This document shows positions 9,528 to 19,533 of a stretch of 64,000 nt of DNA, one piece after another. A model generated the notes under the pieces. The model searched no databases and had not been told where the DNA came from. It worked only from the letters and a program-made list of their open reading frames with translations. Positions within the stretch are counted from its first letter, which is position 1, and each line of letters begins with the position of its first letter. Position numbers and translations under genes: made by a program. Origin of the DNA: Minisyncoccota bacterium (GTDB taxonomy: Bacteria; Patescibacteriota; Microgenomatia; UBA1400; PJMF01); NCBI GenBank assembly GCA_009991965.1, contig JAACWQ010000002.1:17617-81616 (forward strand). Reading direction: 5' to 3'.

Positions 9528-10502
9528 ATGTCTAAGATAGCCTTTGATATCGGCTCGACCGTAACGCGCGTATCTGTTGGCGACAGAATTTTATTTCAGC
9601 AACCTACCTGTCTGGCACTCGAACGCGAAACTGGCGCTGTTGTGGCAATTGGTACGCAGGCGTACTCACTTTTGGGCAAGACTGCCAAACAGATCGAGAT
9701 ATTGTTTCCAGTTTTGGCTGGCGTTGTGGCCGACACCAACAATTTGTCTGCGTTTCTATCTCAGGTGCTCAAGGAGATTAAGCCAGATCTCTCGAAGAAT
9801 ATTCAAACGACGTTGTTTGGTCACCGGGGCTTAGTGGCCTACAATCCTTGCAGCACCGTAGCACAAAAAGCTCGTCTCCAAGCAGTTTTTCAGCACCTTG
9901 GTTTGCGAACGCAATTTATTCTCCGTCCAGAAGCTATCGCCGTACATCTCACAAAAAAACAACCGACGCAAAGTCTTTGTCTTATCGATATTGGTGGAAG
10001 CTCGAGCATTTGCAGTATCATCACCAATTTCACTCATGTGCAGTCGTACGAGATACCCTGGGGGGGCATACAATTAACCGAGAGTTTGCAACGCTACTTG
10101 GCGCAAAAAGAACAATTTGCAGTCGGGTGGCATGAAGCGGAACGGCTTAAGCGAGCGCTGGTTGCAGTTTTTACCGAGAAGACATTGGCAAAGTATCGTG
10201 ATCATAAAAGCGTGGTGCGTGGACAGGATTTATCGACACATGTTGGCAAGACACTGGTTGTATCTCGAGAGCAATTGGCTGAGATAGTGCAGCCACAGGC
10301 AATAGATTTTTTGAATGGAGTGACAGAATTTCTGGCGCTATTGCCACGAGAAGTAGTGAGTGCAGTGTTAGCGAGTGGTATCACCTTGGTCGGTGGGGGG
10401 AGTCAGTTACCAGGTTTGGCAGAATTACTACAAGAAAAACTTGCTTGCGAGGTGATAAGCGTTGCACATCCAGATCTAGCTTGCGTGCAAGGACTGCAGT
10501 GA
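9528..10502 (+). CDS. mreB: rod shape-determining protein MreB (actin-like ATPase)
   Basis: FDIGSTVTRV (phosphate-1 loop), IDIGGSSS, LVGGGSQLPGL (adenosine/phosphate-2 motifs). Gene order mreB-mreC-mreD-mrdA. Confidence 0.8.
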   Translation: MSKIAFDIGSTVTRVSVGDRILFQQPTCLALERETGAVVAIGTQAYSLLGKTAKQIEILFPVLAGVVADTNNLSAFLSQVLKEIKPDLSKNIQTTLFGHRGLVAYNPCSTVAQKARLQAVFQHLGLRTQFILRPEAIAVHLTKKQPTQSLCLIDIGGSSSICSIITNFTHVQSYEIPWGGIQLTESLQRYLAQKEQFAVGWHEAERLKRALVAVFTEKTLAKYRDHKSVVRGQDLSTHVGKTLVVSREQLAEIVQPQAIDFLNGVTEFLALLPREVVSAVLASGITLVGGGSQLPGLAELLQEKLACEVISVAHPDLACVQGLQ

Positions 10503-11278
10503 AAGTTGTTCGACCCGGTCTCTATGAAGCGCAGAAAAAATGGCTGGTGGTTGTTGCCATGGTTGTTTTTATTGGTGTAGCTGAAATGCAGGGTTGGTTG
10601 CTCCCGCTGCGTGGGCAGGTAAGTTTGGCGAGCGCGCCACTTTTTTCATTTTTGAGCAAACAATTGGCGAGTACTATTTCGCCATTTTCGCTTATTCGCA
10701 AGCGAGTGCAATTAGTACAGCGCTTAGCAAGACTTGAATATGATTACGCGGCAGCACTTTCCAAAATCAGCGAACTGGAGCGAGAGGCACAAGAAACGGC
10801 TGCGTTACGAGCTATTTTGAGCAAGTCTACGATTACTACAGATCAAATAATTACCGCCGCCCGGATCTCGTATGCACAACCAGAAATTTCAGCAGGGCGC
10901 ATGCAGGGAGTGCAAGAAAATATGTTGGTGCTTGCGGCACAAACAGTTGTTGGGAGAGTGCGAAGAGTTGAATCAAACAGAGCTACGGTTGGATTGCTGA
11001 CAGATCAGCGCGAAAAATCGATTATTGCGGTGACCGACTCTGGCGTGCAGGGCTTAATTGTCGGCGATGGACAATCAGTTTTCCTCGGTCTTGTGCCGCA
11101 AGATAAAGCAATTACTCCTGGAGAAAAAGTTGTCACTGTCGGCCAGGAGAATGTACCTGCCGGATTATTTATAGGTACAGTCGTAGAAGTAATTGGTGAT
11201 CCAGCTGAGCCAACCAAACAAGTTCGTCTTGAACAATATGTATCATTTTTTACTGCACCGTTGGTAACGGTGAGATAG
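10499..11278 (+). CDS. mreC: rod shape-determining protein MreC
   Basis: N-terminal TM helix, a coiled-coil region, then a beta-rich C-terminal domain (VVTVGQENVPAGLFIGTVVEV). GTG start overlaps the mreB stop as GTGA; the listed TTG start at 10445 overlaps mreB by 58 nt. Confidence 0.7.
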   Translation: MKVVRPGLYEAQKKWLVVVAMVVFIGVAEMQGWLLPLRGQVSLASAPLFSFLSKQLASTISPFSLIRKRVQLVQRLARLEYDYAAALSKISELEREAQETAALRAILSKSTITTDQIITAARISYAQPEISAGRMQGVQENMLVLAAQTVVGRVRRVESNRATVGLLTDQREKSIIAVTDSGVQGLIVGDGQSVFLGLVPQDKAITPGEKVVTVGQENVPAGLFIGTVVEVIGDPAEPTKQVRLEQYVSFFTAPLVTVR

Positions 11279-11284
11279 CAAATT

Positions 11285-11737
11285 ATGGAACAGTTTCGCA
11301 GTATTCTCAGATTTTTGTTTCAATTGGGCACCGTACTTTGTTTGCTCCTGTTGGAGTATCCACTGGGAGCTCCGTTGTTGACAGTGACGTTGTGCATTCT
11401 CTGGTTTTCTGGCAGAAGCTGGTGGCCGAGATTTTCTATAAGCGTCATGCTGTCACTTGCTATCGCACTTGTTTTTTCTTTTTCTTGGTTGGGTGCGTTC
11501 GGATTCTTTTTGGTTAGTTTTTGGGTAGTACGAAAAAGTCAAAGTCAGGGTTGGCCACAAGTTCTTATAGGATTATTTATTCTGGTTTTTGCAACTGTGA
11601 TAACCGACCGAGTCAGCAGCATTGCGTTTTGGCAGATAGTAGTAACGCTGGGCGTCATCACAGTTTTTTCGAAATCTAGTCGTCGACAATTGCGCCAGCT
11701 TTGGCAACAACGCAAGTCGCACCGTGTACAACTATGA
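11285..11737 (+). CDS. mreD: rod shape-determining protein MreD (inferred from position)
   Basis: 150-aa polytopic membrane protein between mreC and the PBP2 gene. Stop overlaps the PBP2 start as ATGA. Confidence 0.5.
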   Translation: MEQFRSILRFLFQLGTVLCLLLLEYPLGAPLLTVTLCILWFSGRSWWPRFSISVMLSLAIALVFSFSWLGAFGFFLVSFWVVRKSQSQGWPQVLIGLFILVFATVITDRVSSIAFWQIVVTLGVITVFSKSSRRQLRQLWQQRKSHRVQL

Positions 11738-13569
11738 AACAACAAAACGCCGTATCGTCTGCAAAGTACCGAATGTTGGTGGGAACGATAGTGTTTGTTT
11801 TTTCTTTGCTAAGTTTGCGCTTGATTGATTTGCAGTTGGTACGAGGACAAGAATTTTTCGAACGAGCAGAGGACAATAAGTCATTTCAGGAGGTGATCGC
11901 GCGGCGCCGTGGCGTGATTTTGGATCGCTACCAAGAGCCAATTGCGTTTAATGAACCGACTTATTTTTTGCGTGATGCTACCAAGCTTTTTTCCGAATCG
12001 ACACGTATTTCGCCACAAGCTGCACTTGAAAATGCAGCGGCCGCAACGGCATCGACAGAGCTCGTCGTCGGTATGCAGCGCTCGTATCCGTTTGGCGCGA
12101 CACTCGCTCACGTGTTGGGGTATACCAGCGGAGTTTCAGTCGAAAATTTACAAGCAGACAGAACATTATTACCGAGCGACTCGATTGGAAAGTTTGGTTT
12201 GGAGCGTAATTTTGAAATGTTGCTGCGTGGTGAGCCGGGCGCAATGCAGTACACGGTGGATGCGCGTGGGAGGCGACTGGCAGTAGAGAAACAACTTGAC
12301 GGCACTTCTGGACAAACACTCAAGACCTCACTTGATCCATATCTCTCGAGCATAGCTGCCAAACTGATGGGAGATTTGCAAGGCAGCGTTATTATCAGTG
12401 ATCCAAAAACAGGGCAGATTCTCACACTGTTGAGCTCTCCAAGTTTTGATGCCAATCTGATGACAAAAACTGCACTTGATCGAGACGAAGAACGACAGCG
12501 ACAAGAAGCAGTGCGTTCGGTTCTATCACATCCAAAGAACTTGTTTTTTAACCGGGCAATTGCTGGCGCGTATCCGCCTGGCTCAGTATTTAAGCTTGTG
12601 ACTGCGATTGCTGGCGTTGAGTCGGAAGCCATCACAGCAGATACAACGGTGGAAGATACTGGCGTCTTAACTGTCAATGATTTTGATTTTGCCAACTGGT
12701 ATTACACGCAGTACGGTAGAACTGAAGGCGTTATCTCACTCCAGCGAGCAATTGCGCGGAGTAACGATATCTTTTTTTATAAAACTGCAGAAGCAATTGG
12801 TCCAGACCGTTTAGCGGAATTTGCACGACTGTTTGGTTTTGGTAAGCAAAGTAATATAGAGCTGGGTGGCGAGGCAACAGGGCTCGTGCCAGATCCAGAG
12901 TGGAAGGAACAGACTTTGGGTGAGCGTTGGTTTTTGGGGAATACATATCACTTTGGAATTGGACAAGGTTTGTTGCTTGTGACACCCTTGCAAGTATCGC
13001 AAATGACCTCGAGTATTGCCAACAAAGCGACGCACTGTCCAGCCACGGTTCTTGGGGTTCTTCAGCAGTGCGAGGGTTTGGGAGTAGCCCAATCGACGCT
13101 CGACGTTGTTGTCGCCGGCATGCTCGATGCGTGCAGTACTGGAGGCACTGGGTATCCACTATTTCCCTACAACGAACAACACCGTGTCGCTGGAGTCGGT
13201 CCGTATGAGGCGATTCGTCTCGGTGCAATTGCATGTAAGACTGGAACGGCAGAGTTTGGTGGCAACGATATCCGTGGGCATAAGGCAACTCACGCCTGGT
13301 TCACTTCGATCGTTGGCACCAAGCCAATTTTAGACGCTTTAGCAGTCGAAACACCAATTGCAACAAGCTCAGCAGAGCTTTCGCCTGAGGCAACCTGGCA
13401 CAAAGTATGGAAACAACAGGTGCTCAGGCACGGCTTGCCAGAAACCCTTGCTTTTACGATCTTGGTCGAGAGTGACGAAGTCGAGCCATTCCGTGAGGGG
13501 AGTGTGGATGCCGCACCGATTGTGGCGAAGCTGTTGAAATGGATGGAGATGGGTAAGATAGATAATTAA
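11734..13569 (+). CDS. mrdA: penicillin-binding protein 2 (class B peptidoglycan D,D-transpeptidase)
   Basis: SVFK (SxxK), SND (SxN) and KTGTAE (KTG) active-site motifs. N-terminal TM helix plus dimerisation domain. Confidence 0.85.
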   Translation: MKQQNAVSSAKYRMLVGTIVFVFSLLSLRLIDLQLVRGQEFFERAEDNKSFQEVIARRRGVILDRYQEPIAFNEPTYFLRDATKLFSESTRISPQAALENAAAATASTELVVGMQRSYPFGATLAHVLGYTSGVSVENLQADRTLLPSDSIGKFGLERNFEMLLRGEPGAMQYTVDARGRRLAVEKQLDGTSGQTLKTSLDPYLSSIAAKLMGDLQGSVIISDPKTGQILTLLSSPSFDANLMTKTALDRDEERQRQEAVRSVLSHPKNLFFNRAIAGAYPPGSVFKLVTAIAGVESEAITADTTVEDTGVLTVNDFDFANWYYTQYGRTEGVISLQRAIARSNDIFFYKTAEAIGPDRLAEFARLFGFGKQSNIELGGEATGLVPDPEWKEQTLGERWFLGNTYHFGIGQGLLLVTPLQVSQMTSSIANKATHCPATVLGVLQQCEGLGVAQSTLDVVVAGMLDACSTGGTGYPLFPYNEQHRVAGVGPYEAIRLGAIACKTGTAEFGGNDIRGHKATHAWFTSIVGTKPILDALAVETPIATSSAELSPEATWHKVWKQQVLRHGLPETLAFTILVESDEVEPFREGSVDAAPIVAKLLKWMEMGKIDN

Positions 13570-14897
13570 AAAAGCTTTTTTCGCTCCCCATCCCAAAAAT
13601 TACTCCGCCGACAAAGGAGCTGTTTGGCCTGTTCTGGGTGTGCCATCAACTTTTCAATTGCGATTTCTAGGAGTAATGTATTCTGAGACCCTTTGACTAA
13701 AAGAACATCATCTGGTCGTAAGTACTTATCGAGTTTTTCAGCTGCATCAACCGCGCTACTACAGACAAAAGCTGGTTTATGGGCCTTTTCAAAGAGTGGC
13801 AGGACGTGCGCGTGCATGGCTGGACCAACCAGAAAGACTACATCACATACTTCGGCGGCAACTTTGCCAGCTTGCTCGTGTTCGCTCGGACTGGCACTGC
13901 CGAGCTCTCGAATATCTCCGAGTAGCGCGAGCTTTCGTTTGCCTGGCATATCACGTAGGAGGTGCAAAAAATCAATGAGTGGCTCGGGCGATGAATTGTA
14001 CGAACTATCGAGGATAGTGGTGTTGTGTTTGCCTTGGATGAGACTGGCCCTGCCAGGTGGCAGGGAAAAGTTTTTTTCGAGCGCTGCGCAAGCAGCCTCA
14101 AGTGTGAGATTGGAGCGCAGCCCAACGCAGAGTGCGGCCGCAAAGCTCATGCCAAAGTGCACTGGTAAGAGGTATTTGGTGAAGTTGACGCTGCCCACTG
14201 CTTCGCTGGTTCGAAAAGAAAAGGTGGTGCCGTTGCTGTCATGGATGGTTTCTAGGAGTTGGACAGTCGCGGTTTCACTGGTGCCAAAGGTGAGGGCTGT
14301 CGCCTTCGTTTTTTTTGCCAAGTTCATGATTAGTGGCTCGTCTGCATTGAGGATTGCAGTCCCGCTGCTCGGGAGCGTTGTGATCAATTTGCCTTTTTCA
14401 GTGGCGATGGCTGCGAGGACGTTTGTTCGATTCGGCACGACGTTATGCATCTGCAACCAGGACTCGAAGTATTGCCCGTGTACCGTATTGACCGCCGTAA
14501 AAATACCAATTTCTGGTTGAACGATAGTCAGGAGGTACGACATATTTTTTGGCGGTGTTGGGCCGTCGATGCCGAGTTCTACGACGTAGGTATCGGCGGA
14601 ACTTGCGGGACGAAAGAGAGCAGGAAGAGCTGTCACGGCAAGTCGTAACCAATCTTTGATCGAGTACGATTTTGGATACAGCCCTAAAATATTGAGCGGA
14701 ATACCGCTTTCGGAGTTGGCTTTTTCGCTGGTTTTTACTTGGCGAACGTCTGCTAAAACAGCCGCAACCGCTTCCATAGTGCTGGTTTTGCCAGCAGATC
14801 CAGTGATGCCGATGATTTGTGGTTGCCAACGAGCAAGCTTGGCACGAGCCAGAAGGCGGAAGTACTGCAGGAGAAGTATTCCGAGGTATTTCTTCAT
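13566..14897 (-). CDS. murF: UDP-N-acetylmuramoyl-tripeptide--D-alanyl-D-alanine ligase
   Basis: GITGSAGKTST P-loop of Mur ligases; overall MurF domain order; 443 aa. Confidence 0.85.
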   Translation of the reverse strand: MKKYLGILLLQYFRLLARAKLARWQPQIIGITGSAGKTSTMEAVAAVLADVRQVKTSEKANSESGIPLNILGLYPKSYSIKDWLRLAVTALPALFRPASSADTYVVELGIDGPTPPKNMSYLLTIVQPEIGIFTAVNTVHGQYFESWLQMHNVVPNRTNVLAAIATEKGKLITTLPSSGTAILNADEPLIMNLAKKTKATALTFGTSETATVQLLETIHDSNGTTFSFRTSEAVGSVNFTKYLLPVHFGMSFAAALCVGLRSNLTLEAACAALEKNFSLPPGRASLIQGKHNTTILDSSYNSSPEPLIDFLHLLRDMPGKRKLALLGDIRELGSASPSEHEQAGKVAAEVCDVVFLVGPAMHAHVLPLFEKAHKPAFVCSSAVDAAEKLDKYLRPDDVLLVKGSQNTLLLEIAIEKLMAHPEQAKQLLCRRSNFWDGERKKLF

Positions 14898-14953
14898 GGC
14901 GTTTTCATTGTACTACGCTCCAGGTCATGTTCTGCGCGTATCTTGATCTCAGT

Positions 14954-16066
14954 ATGACAACAGAATCAGTAGCAGAAAATCTCGTTGCACTGAGTGCAGT
15001 GCCTGGAATTGGTAGAAGAACGCTCGCGCGCATCTATTATCACCGAAGGAAACACCGTTGGTTTTGGGCAGATTTTTGGGTATTGAAAGTGTCAATTATC
15101 GAAAAAATACCACTTGCTGAAAAAGTTGTTTTGGCAATCCAAAATTGGAAAAGAGAGCACGAAATAGGGGATTTTTATGCAGTTTTACAAAAAAAGAATA
15201 TTCGGGTAATCACTATAGGTTCTAAAGAGTATCCACAATTATTGGCTCAGAGCGAGTATCCGCCGGTGCTATTGTTTGCCAAAGGTGCTGTACTCGACCC
15301 GTGTCCCCAGCTTCCCATCGCGGTGGTAGGCACGCGCCAGGTTACGAGCTATGGTCGGGCAGTCACGACGGAGATCACCAAGCAACTTTGTCAAGTCGGT
15401 GCAACCATAGTTTCCGGCTGTATGTATGGGGTCGATACGGTGGCACACCAGGCGGCGCTTGCAGAGAAAGCACGGACAATCGCAGTCCTTGGTTTTGGCT
15501 TTGACCATGTTTATCCCGCCGAACAGTTGCCGGTATTTGACGCTATTCTCGCCAGTGGTGGCACGATTCTAAGCGAGTATGTGCCAGACACCGGGCCAAA
15601 GAAGGGGAATTTTATCGCCCGTAACAGTATTGTGGCGGGGATGAGTAGGGCAGTGGTGGTAACAGAGGCAGCCAAGCGAAGTGGCAGTCACACGACAGCG
15701 CAATTTGCGCTCGAGTCGGGTCGATCGGTTTGTGCGGTGCCGGGGCCGATCTATAGTCCGTACTCAGAGGGAACCAAGTGGTTGGTCAACGAAGGCGCAG
15801 TTTTGGTGACTTCAGCAGACGATATTTTGAGTGAACTTGGTATTGATAGCACTGGAGCAGGAGTAGGTTCACGGTCGACCAAACCAGAATTGCAGGAGCC
15901 ACTCGAGCAAGAAATTATTGCTATCCTCCAGACTGGTCCGCAGCGAAGCGAAGCGTTATTTGAGCGACTTTCTTGTTCGTTTGCGGAGTATCAAGCATGT
16001 CTTACGAAGCTCGAACTCAGCGGTTACCTCGAGCGAAATGGAGAGCAGATTGCTATCTGTTATTAG
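14954..16066 (+). CDS. dprA: DNA processing protein DprA/Smf
   Basis: VVGTRQVTSYG ... GCMYGVDTVAHQAAL ... IARNSIVAGMS (DprA Rossmann-like core). Start taken at MTTESVAE (14954); the listed ORF starts at 14819. Confidence 0.85.
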   Translation: MTTESVAENLVALSAVPGIGRRTLARIYYHRRKHRWFWADFWVLKVSIIEKIPLAEKVVLAIQNWKREHEIGDFYAVLQKKNIRVITIGSKEYPQLLAQSEYPPVLLFAKGAVLDPCPQLPIAVVGTRQVTSYGRAVTTEITKQLCQVGATIVSGCMYGVDTVAHQAALAEKARTIAVLGFGFDHVYPAEQLPVFDAILASGGTILSEYVPDTGPKKGNFIARNSIVAGMSRAVVVTEAAKRSGSHTTAQFALESGRSVCAVPGPIYSPYSEGTKWLVNEGAVLVTSADDILSELGIDSTGAGVGSRSTKPELQEPLEQEIIAILQTGPQRSEALFERLSCSFAEYQACLTKLELSGYLERNGEQIAICY

Positions 16067-16106
16067 TCATGTGTACAGTGGTGTAGTATAGTCACCGGTA
16101 TAATTT

Positions 16107-18230
16107 ATGCAGTTAATCATTGTTGAATCACCAACTAAAGCGCGCAAACTCTCGGGATACCTCGGGAAAGGATATGAAGTTTTGGCATCAGTTGGCCATG
16201 TTCGCGATTTGCCAAAAGCGGAAATGGGTGTCGACACAGAAGCAAATTTTGAGCCAAAATACGTCGTTTCCAAAGATAAGACCAAGGTCTTGTCACAACT
16301 GAAAGAACAGGCAGCCAAGGCAGATACTATTATTCTCGCCACTGACCCTGATCGCGAAGGGGAAGCAATTGCTTGGCATGTGCAAGAAATTTTGCTCGAA
16401 AGTCTCAAAAAGAAAAAGTTAACTCCCAAGTTTCAACGTGCGAGTTTTTATGAAATCACTAAATCGGCAGTATTAGCCGCAATCAAAGATCCCGTCTCAG
16501 TCAACATGGACTTGGTGAACGCGCAGCAGGCGCGCCGAATCGTTGATCGCTTGGTCGGGTATGAGGTTTCGCCAGTGTTGTGGCGCAAAATTCGCCGCGG
16601 TCTCTCAGCAGGTCGTGTGCAGTCGGTAGCGTTGCTCTTGATCGTCGAGCGTGAGAAGGAAATCGCTGCCTTCAAACCAGACGAGTATTGGGAAGTTGAC
16701 GTAGAGTTGGCGCTCGCGAGCGAGAGCCAGCACATTATTGCGCGTGTGACGACTATTAACGGTGAGAAATACGAGCCAAAAACTGCAGCTGACACGACAG
16801 CGCTTGTTGCAGCTATCCCAACCGGTGCATACAAGGTGACAGAGCTCGATAAAAAGGCACGAAAAACTTCGAGTTACCCGCCATTTTCTACTTCTACTCT
16901 CCAGCAAGGTGCAGCAAATCGACTTGGTTGGAGCAGTAAGCAGACAATGCGGATTGCACAACAACTCTACGAAGAAGGTCTGATCACCTACCATAGAACA
17001 GACTCATTTAACTTATCGACCCAAGCGCTAGGAATGGCCAGAGAGTACCTTAGCAAAATTTTTTCGCCAGAGTATTTGCCGGCACAGCCACGCATTTTTC
17101 ACTCCAAAAGCAAGAACGCCCAAGAGGCGCATGAAGCTATTCGCGTGACCGATGTGTCTAAAACTGCCAAAGATATCCTCGGTGGTCGTATAACCGAGCA
17201 ACACGTCAAGCTCTACGACCTGATCTGGCGCCGATTCTTGGCTAGTCAAATGAGCGAAGCAATTTATGACCAAACAAGCGTCACTATTTCGCTTACGCCA
17301 GAGAAGAAATCTGCTGGTCTGAGTGAAGCAGTGCTCAAAACCTCGGGATCTATTCTCAAGTTTCCTGGTTGGCGTGCACTTTTGCCTGCTGGTGATGATT
17401 CGCCGTTGCCAAATATGATCGTGAACGAAGATCTACAATATCAGCAGCACACCGCAGAGCAGAAGTTTACCCAGCCACCTGCGCGTTATAATGACGCTTC
17501 GCTCGTCAAGGAACTCGAAAAGCGAGGGATTGGCCGACCGAGTACCTACGCCAGTATTATCTCGGTTATTGTCGATCGTGGCTATGTAGAGCGGGTTACC
17601 AAACGTTTCTTCGCGAGTCCCATCGGGATTACCGTTGCAGATTTTCTCCAACTGCATTTTCCAGTTTTCATGGAATATGAATTTACTGCCGAGATGGAAG
17701 AAGATCTTGATCGTATTTCCAGAGGAGAAAAAGAGTGGCGTAAGGTAGTCGGTGCGTTTTATACACCATTTCATAAACGGATTGCCGAAGTCACCGATTC
17801 CGCCGATCGCGTCCAAGTTCCCGTCGAGAAAACTGGTGAGATTTGCCCAGACTGTGGTGCGACCGAGCACGGCGAGATTGTCATTCGCAGTGGCCGATTT
17901 GGCAAGTTCAAGAGTTGCAGTCGATTCCCAGAGTGTAAGTTTACGCAAAATATTGTCGAAAAAGTCGAAGGCGTTATTTGCCCATTGTGCCAGAAGGGCG
18001 AGGTTGTTATCAAAAATTCTCGTTGGGGCAAGTCATTTTTCGGTTGCAGCACTTATCCCAAATGTGATTGGGCGAGTTGGAAAAAGCCAGAAGTTGGTGA
18101 GATCATGACAAAAGAAGAATGGGCGGTGCAACAAGCGACTAGAGCAGAGCGACGCGCTAAGTTTGCAAAAAATAAACCAGTTGAAAAGAAAAAGCCAGTG
18201 AAGAAAAAAGCAGCACCCAAAAAAGCATGA
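16107..18230 (+). CDS. topA: DNA topoisomerase I
   Basis: MQLIIVESPTKARKL Toprim start, active-site Tyr region, three C-terminal C4 zinc ribbons, Lys-rich tail. Confidence 0.95.
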   Translation: MQLIIVESPTKARKLSGYLGKGYEVLASVGHVRDLPKAEMGVDTEANFEPKYVVSKDKTKVLSQLKEQAAKADTIILATDPDREGEAIAWHVQEILLESLKKKKLTPKFQRASFYEITKSAVLAAIKDPVSVNMDLVNAQQARRIVDRLVGYEVSPVLWRKIRRGLSAGRVQSVALLLIVEREKEIAAFKPDEYWEVDVELALASESQHIIARVTTINGEKYEPKTAADTTALVAAIPTGAYKVTELDKKARKTSSYPPFSTSTLQQGAANRLGWSSKQTMRIAQQLYEEGLITYHRTDSFNLSTQALGMAREYLSKIFSPEYLPAQPRIFHSKSKNAQEAHEAIRVTDVSKTAKDILGGRITEQHVKLYDLIWRRFLASQMSEAIYDQTSVTISLTPEKKSAGLSEAVLKTSGSILKFPGWRALLPAGDDSPLPNMIVNEDLQYQQHTAEQKFTQPPARYNDASLVKELEKRGIGRPSTYASIISVIVDRGYVERVTKRFFASPIGITVADFLQLHFPVFMEYEFTAEMEEDLDRISRGEKEWRKVVGAFYTPFHKRIAEVTDSADRVQVPVEKTGEICPDCGATEHGEIVIRSGRFGKFKSCSRFPECKFTQNIVEKVEGVICPLCQKGEVVIKNSRWGKSFFGCSTYPKCDWASWKKPEVGEIMTKEEWAVQQATRAERRAKFAKNKPVEKKKPVKKKAAPKKA

Positions 18231-18793
18231 ACGTAACGCTCTTTGGTGGCGCGTTTGATCCGCCACATCTTGGGCATCAAGCAATTGCTATCGAGTTGGT
18301 AGCACAGCAGTTGGCAGACGAAGTTTGGTTTTTGCCTGTTAAGATGCATGCATTTGAAAAAGATTTGAGCAGCGAGGTGCACCGATTGGCAATGTTGGAG
18401 TTGCTGCAAATTCCGCACACTCGCGTCGAACTAGCAGAGCTAGAACAAACAACAACCAACTATACGTACCAAACGTTGACAGCGTTGGCGGCAAAGTATC
18501 CCGAGCACACCTTTAATTTTGTCATAGGCTCTGACAATCTTAAAAAGTTTCACCTCTGGGATGAGTACCAGAAATTGATCACAGAATTTCCTTTTTTCGT
18601 CTATCCGCGCGCCGGTTATCTGCTCGATCCGTTATATCGAAATATGAAGGTTATTCCAAAAGTGCAACCAGTTCTGGTGTCGTCGACGCAAGTGCGCGAA
18701 TGCGTCGCCGCTGGTAAATCAATTTCAGACCTAGTGCATCCATTTGTCGAGCGGTATATTCAAAACAACAACCTCTATGTCAAAAGAACTTAA
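18227..18793 (+). CDS. nadD: nicotinate-nucleotide adenylyltransferase
   Basis: LFGGAFDPPHLGHQ (HxGH nucleotidyltransferase motif). ATGA overlap with topA. Confidence 0.85.
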   Translation: MNVTLFGGAFDPPHLGHQAIAIELVAQQLADEVWFLPVKMHAFEKDLSSEVHRLAMLELLQIPHTRVELAELEQTTTNYTYQTLTALAAKYPEHTFNFVIGSDNLKKFHLWDEYQKLITEFPFFVYPRAGYLLDPLYRNMKVIPKVQPVLVSSTQVRECVAAGKSISDLVHPFVERYIQNNNLYVKRT

Positions 18794-19532
18794 GCAGATA
18801 ACCGATTTTATTCGCCAGACATTCACTCGTCAAAAAAAAGAAAAAGCAGTCATTGCCGTTTCTGGGGGAATTGACTCTGCAGTGTCACTCACCTTGGCGG
18901 TAAAAGCACTTGGTGCAGAGAACGTGTTTCCACTTTTTCTCCCGTACGATAAGCAATTATTCATTGACAGCGAGATCATTTCTGCCTGGAATGACATACC
19001 AATCGAGAATACTCAGACAACCAATATCCACTCGATGGTGCAAGCGATTGCAAAGACGTTGGGCGCAGAAGAGCAATTGAGTCTCGGCAATATTATGGCT
19101 CGCGTGCGCATGATCGCGGTGTACGAACGAGCACGGCAGCTCGACGCATTAGTGATCGGCACCGAGAATAAGTCGGAAAAATACTTGGGTTACTTTACGC
19201 GCTTTGGAGATGAGGCGAGTGACTTGGAGCCATTGCAGCATTTGTACAAAACACAGGTTCGTGAGCTGGCGGAGTTTTTGGAGTTGCCCAAAATATTTTC
19301 GCAAAAAGCGCCGACTGCAGGGCTTTGGCAGGGGCAGACTGATGAGGAAGAATTGGGTTTTAGCTACGAGGTAGCAGACAAGGTGCTCATCGAATTAATT
19401 GATAAAAAGATTACGGCAAAAAATATTGTAATTCCAGATATTACACCTGAGTTAGTTCAGAAGGTTGCCAAGAGAGTGGCAAGCCAGCGGTTTAAGTTGG
19501 AGGTGCCGTATACTATTATTTCTCAAAAATAA
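18777..19532 (+). CDS. nadE: NH3-dependent NAD+ synthetase
   Basis: AVIAVSGGIDSAV PP-loop (SGGxDS). Start at MSKELKQ assumed; the listed ORF starts at 18744. Confidence 0.85.
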   Translation: MSKELKQITDFIRQTFTRQKKEKAVIAVSGGIDSAVSLTLAVKALGAENVFPLFLPYDKQLFIDSEIISAWNDIPIENTQTTNIHSMVQAIAKTLGAEEQLSLGNIMARVRMIAVYERARQLDALVIGTENKSEKYLGYFTRFGDEASDLEPLQHLYKTQVRELAEFLELPKIFSQKAPTAGLWQGQTDEEELGFSYEVADKVLIELIDKKITAKNIVIPDITPELVQKVAKRVASQRFKLEVPYTIISQK

Positions 19533-19533
19533 T

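Noticed and set aside
12108-13288. Minus-strand ORFs of 195 and 185 aa inside the PBP2 gene
   Set aside because: They lie opposite a gene carrying intact SxxK/SxN/KTG motifs. Ser/Cys/Arg-rich composition typical of antisense frames.
13693-14520. Plus-strand 275-aa ORF
   Set aside because: Antisense to murF (Mur-ligase P-loop present on the minus strand). Ser/Ala/Arg-rich with no motifs.
16448-17948. Minus-strand ORFs (128, 129 and 171 aa) within topA
   Set aside because: Opposite the unambiguous topoisomerase I gene.
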